Made by a program: the position numbers and the translations under genes
The notes under the pieces: model-generated
The model's database searches: none
What the model was told of the DNA's origin: nothing
What the model saw: only the letters and a program-made list of their open reading frames with translations
Shown here: positions 48,355 to 59,018 of the stretch, piece after piece
How the letters are laid out: each line of letters opens with the position of its first letter
Numbering within the stretch: position 1 is the stretch's first letter
Origin: Azolla caroliniana
Lineage: Eukaryota; Plantae; Polypodiophyta
DNA: 64,000 nucleotides
Direction of reading: 5' to 3'
Assembly (NCBI GenBank): GCA_043228905.1
Contig: JBHGNT010000012.1
Span: 8,866,001 to 8,930,000, forward strand

Positions 48355-51300
48355 AGAATGTGCTTCACGATATAAAAATGAGCTTAAATGTTGTATTTAA
48401 TAATATTTGAGAGACTTGAACCCACATCCTTATATACGATGTACAATGTACATACCACTAGGCTAGGCTATTTATTTGTAAAAGTGTGTAATAAATGTGC
48501 TTCATGATATAAGAATGAAGCTATATATTGTATTAAGTAAAATTGAGGGACTTGAACCCTCAACCTTGTATACCAAGCACCAAGCATACACCACTAAGCT
48601 AGGTTAGTTATTTTAGAATGCATTTTCATCATTATAATTATCTCATATCTATTTTCATACATAGCCATCATTCATCACATGCAATGCATGTGCGCCAAAT
48701 GGCGATCATGCATTACATGTAACTCATGCATTGCATGCATGCCATGCTCCCATACATTACCATATGCATGGCAACACTTATAAAAAGAGGGGAAAGGGAA
48801 AACAAGGAGGGGAATCAAGAGAAAGTTAGAGAAATAAGATAATAGAAAAAACAAACAAGTTAGCTTGTTGGTGAAGAGGCTCGTGTTTCCAAGTTGGAGT
48901 CAAGAGTTCGAATCAAGGGTCGGTAGAGAAAGGGTTCATCTTGCTACCAAACATTGTAAAGTTGGTAAAATCTTGTATTCGTAATACACATCATGTTCAT
49001 ATCATATACTTTTTTGTCTTAAATCATACTTTGTCTCTATCTTGCGTCTTGAATCATACATTGCCTCTATCTTTTATCTATACTAGTCTCTCTCTCACAC
49101 ATATTACTTTAAACTATTATTCTTCATATCCTTTATCTTCCTAACATTTGAGCGCAAGCCTTATAAAAGTTCCTTCAACTCCCCTTAACCTTAGTCCCTG
49201 CGACTTCGCCGCACGAACCATAACTCCCCGACAACGGTGCGTTGCGCCGATCAACCCGTCAGAAGGATCTCGTCGTGCGGTACGGGTACAATGAATACAT
49301 GGCGCATCATTATGCGTACATGACTAAGGTGACAGAAGTGCGCGAGGCGGAGAGCTACGCAGAAGCAGCAAAGGACGCAAATTGGCGTGCCGCTATGGAC
49401 GAAGAAATGCGGGCACTCGATGCCAACGAAACTTGGGACCTAGTTGATCCTCCCCGTCACTGTAAACCGATCGGATGCAAGTGGGTGTACAAGGTCAAGT
49501 ACAACGCCGACGGTTCTGTTAACCGGTACAAAGCCCGGTTAGTGGCGAAGGGATACACGCAGACCCACGGAATCAACTACGATGAGACCTTCACTCCTGT
49601 GGCGAAGATGACGACGGTTCGTGTGGTACTGGCGGTTGCTGCGGCAAGGTGGTGGCATCTTCACCAGATGGATGTGAAGAACGCCTTCCTTCAAGGAGAT
49701 CTTGAAGAAGAAGTCTTTATGACTCAGCCCCCCGGAATGCACTCGGAGATGAACAAGTCGGCGGTATGCCGACTGAAGAAGTCGCTTTACGGCTTGAAGC
49801 AAGCCCCCCGAGCTTGGAACGCGAAGATCACGCACCGGTTGCGTAAGCTGGGGTTTGCTGTCTCTAAGTCAGACTCTTCATTATTCATCCGGCAAGGCTC
49901 TGATGGTCCGGTATGTATACTCTTGTATGTGGATGATTTAGTCATCACCGGACCTGGTCTTCCCGAAATCAACCGCGTCAAGTCCCAGTTGTCGGATGCA
50001 TTCGAAATGAAGGACCTGGGGGACCTTCATTATTTTCTTGGGATCGAAATGATCCGGACCCCCGACAGCATATTGCTCTCACAACGACATTACGTGTTGA
50101 ATATGCTGTTTAAGTTCGGCATGACGGATTGCCGACCTGTCTCCACACCCCTGGACCGGAACCAGAAGCTCCGTCCCAACTACGGACCGGCCTGCACTGA
50201 GAAACGGTTCCGACAGGTTGTCGGAAGCCTGATCTACTTAACCATCACCCGACCCAACATCAGCTATCCGGTCGGCATGGTAAGTCAGTTCATGCAAAAG
50301 TCGACCGTGGAGCACCTTCAGTGCGCGCAACGCATATTACGGTATGTTAGCGGCACTAAGGACCGGGGACTGCTATACCGGCGAGGTATACCCGAAGAGC
50401 TTGTCGGTTACACCGATGCTGACTGGGCCGGCGATGCGTCTGATCGCCGCTCCACTTCCGGATACATGTTCTCCATAGTTAGCATGGCCGTTGCGTGGAG
50501 CAGCAAGAAGCAGCCCACAGTGGCTTTGTCAAGCACTGAGGCTGAGTACTGAGCCGCTACCGTTGCCACTTGTGAAGCCATCTGGCTTCGGCGACTACTG
50601 CGAGACTTGCGGATCGAGGTGCCGACCCCGATCCCGATTTACTGCGATAACATGAGCAGCTTGCAGCTCGCCAGGAACCCTGTGTTCCATGCTCGCACAA
50701 AGCACATCGAGGTGCACTACCACTTCGTGCGTGAGCGGGTCCTCAGCAGTGAAGTTGACCTACGGTATGTTCATACGGATCGGTAAGTTGCCGACATCTT
50801 CACCAAGCCGCTCGGATCGGACAAGTTGCAGCACTTTACCGACATGCTTGGTATTCAACATCTCGACGTGCCGCACTTGAGGGGGAGAAGCAAGGGCAAA
50901 GTCTCTACCGAAACGGGCAAAGGCCAACAAACTGTTGAACCCGTCGGTAAGAGGAGAGCCGGAAGAAGAGGAGACAAGAAGATGAAGGAAGCCGAGTCGA
51001 CGAAGGAAGTCGACACATCCGAATAGGTCGGAGCAAGCGGCTGTGAAGAAGAGTTGTGCACTCAGGAAGAGAAGTGCATGCTGTGCGGAGGTCATCACGA
51101 CGGTACTGACCATGATGCGGAGTCGAATGGAGAATTCGATTTCGGTTCACCGGCTGAAGAAGCCGAGGGAAGCATGGAGAAGGCCAAGACTCAGAAGTGG
51201 TCCGATGTGGTGAGAGGCCTGAAGCCGGAAGTCGAATCGGAGTGTACCGATTCGGAGAAGAGCTGGAACGAGTCGGAGACAGCTGACTCGGATCAACAGA

Positions 51301-51951
51301 TGGATCCGGATGAGTCGGATCGATTGAAGGCCAAGGGGACACGGACACAGCGGAAGTCGATGCCATCGTGGGAGAACCGACGGATCGGCAAACGCCGGAG
51401 TCACAGCAACATAACTGCTGAGATGGGCCTATTGAGCAGACATGCCGACCGAGAGGGTCGAGGCGCGCAGAACCAAAGGGGTCGCGGCAAACGGGACCGG
51501 ACCGGACGAGGAGCACGAGCAAGGCGGAGTGACGCCAGGAGAAGTTGGCTGAAAGAACCGACTGCCACAGAGGTCGACACTATGACCCCACCTCAGGTTG
51601 AGCTTGAGGGGGAGTGTTGAGCGGCAAGCTCAACCGGAGCCGGATCGGCTGAATAAGCCAGAGCCGGTAAGTGAGACGGATCGGGTGAAACGGATCGGTA
51701 TGACGGTGAGCAACCGAACCGGCAAGCAGTGGAGGCCGGGTGCAATCCGTTACCGGCAGTCCAATCGGAAGCCTAGAATAGGATAGACTACTAGGTATCT
51801 ATAGTCTCGTAGTAAGTGTCAGATGCTCGTGTGAGCATTGAAGTACATGGTACTTCTGTCAGTCCCAAGAGGACTTGTATAAATAGTGCTACTTAGCATA
51901 GTGTGTATAAGCAGAGTCTTGATATAATTTTGGAAATTGCGTTCTGCTCTC

Positions 51952-51990
<39 letters not shown>

Positions 51991-54900
51991 GTTGTTCTCT
52001 GTTTTACGCTTCCACAAACACTCACGTTTACAAAAAGAATCCACAATTGTTAGAAGCTCTTTGTCATGGATCTCGTAGTTAATCTCTACAGCTTCAATTT
52101 TTCAGGAATGAAAAGCAATAGTATGTAATTGACTGTCATCTCCAGTTTGCGATAGAACACTTCCAATTGCAAAGTTGGGTGCATCAGCTTCAAGGATAAA
52201 GCATTTTCTAGGATTGACATGTGCCAAAAAGGCGTTGTTGTAAATGCCCGTTTTAAACTTTCGAATGCTTCGGTTGCCTCTGAACTCCATATGAATGGTT
52301 GATTTTTGTGTGTGAATCAGGTGAGCGGAAGCACGACCTTGGAATAATTTTTTTAATGAGTTTCCGATAAAAATTTGCAAACCCAAGAAAACATTGTACA
52401 TCACACACTGAAACAGGCGTTTGCCAATCTAAAATTGTTTGAACCTTCATTGGGTCCATAGAGATACCAGGTGATGATACAACATACCCTAAAAACTCCA
52501 CTTAATTTTAGCCGAAACTGCACTTTTGTAATTTTGCGTAGAAATCATATTCTCGTAGTCGACGTAATACGTGATGAACATGTTTATCATGATCCTCTTT
52601 AGTCTTTGAGTAGATCAAAATGTCGTCTAGGTAAACTATAGTGAAGATATCAAGAGAATCTTGAAAAATATCATTCTCCATATGCTGGAAAACTGCAAGT
52701 GCATTTGTAAGACCGAATGACATCACGGTATACTCGAAATGTCCATAGCGAGTGCGAAAAGCAGTCTTCCATTCATCGCTTGGCCGAACCCAAAACTAGA
52801 TTATATGCACCACGAAGGTTCAATTTTGTGAAATATTTTGCTCCACTGAGACATTCAAAAAGGTTCGAGATCAATGGTAGTGCATATCTATTCCAGATAG
52901 TCACTTTATTTAGCCCTCGATAATCCATGACCAACCAAGACCCGTTTTTCTTCTTAACAAAAAAGATAGGTGCACCAGTAGGGGATCTAGAATGCTTGAT
53001 GAATCCGTTTGCCAAGTTCTCATCGATATATTCCCGCAATGTCTCTAGCTCTACAAGTGAGACATTATAAATTGGCCCCCATGGCGGTTCTTTCCCTGGT
53101 TGTAAGTCAATACAGCAGTCGTATGGCCTGTGCTCTAGCAGTGTATTTGCCTTCACCTTATCAAAGATGTTTGACAACTCTTTGTATTTTTCTAGTAATT
53201 GAACTTCTGGCTCCGGTAAGACGGGTGATGGGTTTGATGGAGTTGCTACGATCGCAAATACGAATATGTCCTTGTTCTAGTATCAAATATCGTAGTGTTG
53301 AGGGATGCGAGTGTAGTTCTTTTTCTTGGGACTCCTCAATTGTACTTTTCATCCAGTCCATCTTCAGGTTATGTAGTTCAAACCGAGGGAGACCTAGAAC
53401 GAATGGGTGTTCTAGAATAAAAATAACGTTGAAAGAGATTAAGCTTGCCAAATCACCAAGAACTACACAAATTGGCTCAGACTCTTCGACTATATCACCT
53501 GATGCTACTTGATGCTATGGGATGACCATCGATGACTTCTATGGCTATTGGGTTCGGGAGCTTATTCAAGAGGATGTTTTGTGTCAATGCAAACTCACGA
53601 TCCATGAAACAAGAGTGGGCTCCAAAATCTAGGAGGGCAAAGGCTAGGACTCGATGACATGTAGATGTGCTAAGCTCAACTTGTGTAGAAAAAACTTGAC
53701 TAATTTGATTTGATGAAATGGAACCACGACTAGGAACTAACTCTACATATCTTGGATGGTCCAACCAAATGGATCCTATTTTGGCCGGACTTACTCGTTT
53801 AACACATGCTCTAATTGGCTCAAGACATCGAATCTATTCTCATGGCATGGACTATTAGGCTTACTTAGGTTATTAGAAGTAATAATGGAGCTTGAAGTAG
53901 GGTTTTCTTGTGCATTTGGTATACTTGACATCTAGGTTTATGTGGACAATTCACGGCTATATGTCCTAAACCCCCACAATATAGACATAAGCGGTGTGCT
54001 CGACGTCGTTGGTTCTCAGCATCCGATAAGGGCCCCCGACGTTGTTTGACTCTATTTCCATTGGAGTTTTGCCATCCCTCATGATGGGTCTAGAAACTTG
54101 TGCTGGGATTGCGACTACAGAAGCGTACATTTGATCCAGTTGGCGGCATAGCATTTGTTGGTGCTTCGAACGTCGCTCAAATAGGCGATTATCACATCGC
54201 ACAACTCGACTAATTGCCTCTGTAAGAGACTTCGGATCTTCGTGGAAGGTAAGAAGAAGATCTTTGAATCATTACGCAGACCTTGACGGAATTGATCCAA
54301 TAGAGCCACCTCATCCCAAGGGATATCGCATGCCAAGAGATGGAAATCGGTTGTGTAAGCCAACGCGGGACGATCTCCTTGTCGGGGTCTTCAAATCTTG
54401 TTTATTGCCTTCCTAGTGTTGTCGGTGTCTTTGAAGCTAGCTTGAAACTCCTTAACAAACGCCTCAAAATCCTCCAACAACAGTGATTTCTTCTAGAGGA
54501 GTGGTGCAAACCATGCTAGTGTTGTACTGCTTAGCAAGGTTCCTACGAATCCCACACAAGTAGCTTCCATTGGGTACCGATTGTGATGTAACGGAATAAC
54601 CATACGTACTTGATTCAAAAAGCCTCAAAATAGAAACCTTGTACCATCAAACTTAGCGGGGGTAGTTTTGAACCCCGACGCTTGTTCTCGTAATGATAAT
54701 ATAATAGTCTCGAGTTGGAGAACCCGTTGTGATAACACTTCATATTGTTGCACTTTCTTGGTACTCACGTGTTGTAGGTCCCCGAGTAGCCCTTGATTTT
54801 CTTACTCTATTGCCACAAATTTATCCGTGAGCATGTCTATCTCAGAAGCGCGTGCATATTTTCTTGTTTGCTCACAGACTCCAAAACTTACGAGGGAAGA

Positions 54901-55498
54901 GGAAAAGGAAGAAGGAAACTTATTAAGGTTCTAGGAAGAGAAAGAAATGAGGAAGGAAAGAAAATTTTGGTTCAAACTATCAAGATTGAGAGAGAGTACT
55001 GTCAAGATAGAGTGAGAGGTAGAGATAGAGTGAGAGTGAGAGAGAGAGATAGATAGATAGATTATATTATCGTCTTTGGAGGTCAAATATGACCTATGAG
55101 ACCAAAAATATTACATTTCACATGATAGGTGTGAAAGTGAGTAGTGACTCTCAATGTTCAAGAACTTTACCAATGAATGTTGCAATCGAGAGTGCATATT
55201 GTGGTTGTGAGAGGAATTCATGCAAGGATTGGGCTTGGTCGAAGAGATGTGGAAAGCATGGTCGAATATGATCAAAGGCAAAGCATTGTATCAAAGTGTG
55301 ATACTCAGACTCACGAACTGGTTTAGGGAAAAGTGTGCATAGCCGACCACTCTCATCACTTGTGCCCCAATGCCCTCTCTGACATCACAATGCATGTGAG
55401 CTAAGTCGCATGGAAGCAAAGGTTCGAATGGCAGATAACGTATGGGCTCTAACATGTATCAATGTGTACGGTTTCCCCGTTCCGCAAAGAATATGGTT

Positions 55499-55810
55499 TG
55501 TAACGATAGAGAGATAGAGTATTATAAAGATAATATATCGCACTATAAGATGGATTACAATGAATAAACAACAAGGGAGCTCTATAATGGCATTGAACCA
55601 AATTGGTTCATCCCTAATTCTTAGATGCATATTTATAAGTCCTAATAGGGTATTCTAGAAAGTCCTAGAATAAAGAGTATGCTAGAATATTCTAGAACAT
55701 TCTAGACACTCTAGATTATTCTAGAATATTCTAGAACATAGTACTCTAGAATATTTTATAATATTCTATATAGTTTATAAATTCTTTATACATATAAATA
55801 TATCATTACA
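55499..55810 (-). mobile_element. Probable short solo LTR with a heat-shock-element array
   Basis: Inverted termini TGTAACGATA/TATCATTACA; TATAAATA on minus at ~55630; GAATATTCTAGAACATTC repeats 55652-55770; TSD not clear. Confidence 0.6.
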
Positions 55811-56376
55811 ATAGCTAAGATTTTGACACGTATATAACATGGTTGTGGGTTCGAATCCTTGTAAACCCAAATCATATCTGAGTGTCATCATGACAGGAGG
55901 AAGAAGATTATAAAAAGTGAGATGGAGGAGGCTAAGGAAGGGGGCTAGAGCCTAGAAGTGTTTTATTGTATTAGATCTCATTCTAATCAAGATTAGTGAT
56001 TTATATACTTATGATGGCTTTGTTTGTAGACTCTATTGATATTAAGATCATTGATAAATGCGAAGGATTTGAATAGAATTGACTTTGTTTGTAGAAGTTT
56101 ATTAGCCACATCTATTACTTAATTGCTCTTTTCTTTATCCACATGTTTGTAACCCTCCTCTTTAAAGTTTTTTATTTATTTATAAGTCATAAGTTATATA
56201 CACGTTTATATGATCCTTAATCTATAAGTGATCATTCTTAATTTATTGAGTCTCTCTCCCTAATTCGTAGCCACCTTGGTCTCTATAATTTATTATAGTT
56301 CACAACTCTCTCTAATCGGTTTGGTCAATCCCTCATATTTTGTACGACTATCCTTTGTCTTATACACTCTATCCTA

Positions 56377-57222
56377 TGGCACTTGCACCAGATGGACATG
56401 AAGAACGCTTTCCTGCAAAGAGAACTTGAGGAATAGATGTACATGGTACAACCTCCCAAATTTCAGTCCAGATTGAATACATCGGTTGTTTGCCGACTGA
56501 AGAAGTCCCTCTATGGATTAATGCAACAATTGTGTGCTTGGAACGCGAAGATCACACGGCAACTACGTCCGATTGGGTTTGTTGCATCAAAATCAGATTC
56601 TTCAGTCTTCATCCGGTAGGGTTGGCATGGGCTGGTAAGTATTCTACTTTATGTTGATGATTTGGTCATCGACGGCGCTAACCTAGAGGAGATTGGCCGA
56701 GTAAATTCTCAGCTAGCCGCGTCATTCGACATCAAGGATCTGGGGGACCTTCATTACTTCCTCATGATCGAAGTGATCTGCAACTCGGAAGGCATACTCA
56801 TCAGTCAACGTCACTATGTTTTGAGTATGCTCTTCAAGCTCGGCATGACGGAATGTAAATCTGTAGTAACTCCTCTTGACAAAAACATCAAGCTTCACCC
56901 CGAATGGGGAACAACATGTGACCCAACACAGTCCCGACAGATAGTCGGAAGCTTGATCTATCTGACCATCACTCGTCTAGACCTGAGCTATCCGGTCGAA
57001 CTAATAAGTCAATTTATTGTGCACAAAGGATCCTGAGATATGTCAGTGGCATTAAGGACATGTCATTGCTATATCGGGTTGGTGTAGCTGAAGAGTTGGT
57101 CAGCCACACAGATTCTGATTAGGCTGAAAATGTCGGCGATTGCAGGTCTACAATAGGGTTTACGTTTTCACTTGGAAGCGTGGAAATCGCCTGGAGCAAT
57201 AAGAAGTAGCCGACAGTTGTCT
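56377..57222 (+). pseudogene. pol: Degenerate Copia RT-RNase H fragment (same family as B and F)
   Basis: WHLHQMD.KNAFL, CRLKKSLYGL, YVDDLVI, DLGDLHYFL, IVGSLIYLTITR. Confidence 0.88.
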
Positions 57223-57432
57223 CTGTCGACCGACACAAAGCGTCAGACGTCTTAATCACTAAGTCGTCCTATCAAGAAGATTGTGGTTGGAGATAAAATG
57301 GTTGTCGACTATGATAATTACTTACTCAAAACATCACACAGATATTAATTACTCAGACTTCATTAATATAAATATGAAATATGAATTTGATTGACTGATA
57401 ATTACATATGGGTAAAAGCATGTGAGTGGAAA

Positions 57433-59018
57433 CACTATTATAGCTAATTAGCTACTAAAATGGCCACAACTAATTAGCTATTTGTTTAGCTAGTTTTTTG
57501 TGGGAAAATCATAAGGATGGTTTGCGAAATTTTATGTTTTATTAGTTAAATACATGTCATTTAAATACATGTCATTTAATTTATGAGAATACTCAAATAT
57601 TTGAACTTTGGTTTCTGACGTAGTGGAACATGGGGAATAGTGCCATTATCTACAGTCGACTTGAATGTCATCAGTTTAAGTTCGAACTCCAAACAGATGG
57701 AGTACTTTGAGCATGAATGTAGACGAAGCCCTTGCAGTAGCACACAAAATCTGAGATCGACATTGCACCTTCAAAGCTACAACACACGAGCAAGTCGATC
57801 CTCGTCCAAGTATCTATCAGTTACATATTAAAAATAAAAACAAATTCCTTTTTTGATAATTGTTTGTAACTTTGGTGTTTGTTCATCTTTCCCAAAAATC
57901 GAATAGGGCGAAGTCGTTGGAGTCCCAAACAAGGATGTCTCGAAGGTTGGGGTGTAGAAGCAGGTGTGTTTTTGATTGACAGAATTTCGTAGTAGGGTTG
58001 ATTTCAGCCTTTAGTGATGATTAGGGTTTGTGTTTCCCTTAAGTGGTTTAGGGTTTCTGATTACAAATTTCAGATTACAAGTTTCTGGTTGCAAATTTCT
58101 GATTACTGTCACAATGTGTTGTAATTTTGCACCAATTCTCATGACAAATTCTGATTAGGGTTTCTGATTTTTTAAGTGGTTGATTTGAGTTACATGTTGA
58201 AAAGGACAGATTACAAATTTCATATTATTGTCTCAAAGTGTTGTAATTTTGCACCAAATTCACATTAAAAAATCTGTTTTTGCACCAATTTTGATTATTG
58301 ATTTTCTATTTCAACTGGCTCGTTCCTCCCTATCCTAGAGTGCTGAACTTCGCAAAATTTTGTGAGACAAAGGAGGACTTTCACAACATATATGGTATGT
58401 CGCTCAAGGGTATTGTTCCTATTGTTCTAACAGATAGATTGATTAGTGATGTAGATTGGTTGCCATATATAAAGTTCCTAGAGTGAAAGGCAAGGTCAAG
58501 CTCAAGCATTGACAACCGAACCTGTACGACGATTGCATGAGACCGTACCAGAAAGTACATCAAAAGATCCCGGTCAACAACGAGTTGTGTGTTTCATTTG
58601 CCAGAGCTTTTGCATACGAGTATTGCAAAACAACAAAGGAATCTCATGACCCTGAAATGTACAAGGTAGCTTGGGCAATTTATGGTGAGGCATTGCTAGA
58701 AAGATGTCGGAAGATGGGGAGCTTGCAACAAAAAATGACAAGATTTTGGAGCATGGCAGTTGATGATGCAAATGCTGACTCCCAACAAACCCGCAAGTAT
58801 ATGCCACACCGACACACAATGAAAGCCAATGTCAATGATACAGGTGAGACATTGATTAGCTATATGCTAAAAAATGTCCATGAAGCCTGTGAGACATTGG
58901 GGTTTTTTTAGACTGATTTAGAGAAAGCAACATTGGCTACTGCGATGGAGGGCAAAGTCACTTTGGCAGTTACAACGATCAGAAATAAGATTCAGGTACC
59001 TATTGTTTTGTTAGTATG
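57433..59018 (+). other. Possible CACTA-like terminus followed by a decayed ORF of unknown family
   Basis: CACTA at 57433 followed by TTAGCTA repeats; protein-like ORF pieces 58298-58486 and 58537-58911; partner terminus not in window. Confidence 0.3.

Larger units (their letters stand above)
41829..49233 (+). mobile_element. Full-length Ty3/gypsy non-chromovirus element H, tRNA-Trp primed (Phygy-like, tentative)
   Basis: 887-bp LTRs 41829-42715 and 48347-49233; PBS TGGTGAACCCGACGTGA 42720-42736; PPT AGAGGGGGTGGG 48335-48346; 4-bp TSD ACGG. Confidence 0.97.
33802..51620 (+). pseudogene. gag-pol: Copia F gag-pol in segments 33802-34253, 39639-41828, 49234-51620
   Basis: MDRGMATSLPVEKL; GGLVSKF|GAFQTAV; ECWYCGKKGH; WYVDSGASNHMT; IHSDVWGP; SGDG|ALRRSTRQ; LYVDDLVI; YTDADWAG; several stops and frameshifts. 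Confidence 0.9.
33294..52032 (+). mobile_element. Full-length Ty1/copia element F (extended-Pol family) carrying two nested insertions
   Basis: LTRs 33294-33707 and 51615-52032; PBS-Met 33708-33719; PPT 51606-51614; perfect TSD AAAAG. Confidence 0.96.
32947..55384 (-). mobile_element. Degenerate Tcn1-like chromovirus-clade Gypsy (outermost host): 5' LTR 54834-55384, gag-PR-RT-RH 52033-54720, RH tail 32947-33293
   Basis: YTTDFHLLACDIPWDEVAL gag; ALLDFGAHSCF protease; HRPYDCCIDL..GPIY..APIFFVKKK..DYRGLN, VYLDDILIYS RT; ELLTIVDSF|QQWRHFLEG rejoins across Copia F; LTR TGTC...GACA; integrase not seen. Confidence 0.85.

Noticed and set aside
51054-51620. env-like gene
   Set aside because: No transmembrane or signal segment; highly charged and in frame with Pol
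58020-58165. Interstitial telomeric repeat
   Set aside because: Isolated TTAGGGTTT teloboxes, not a tandem array
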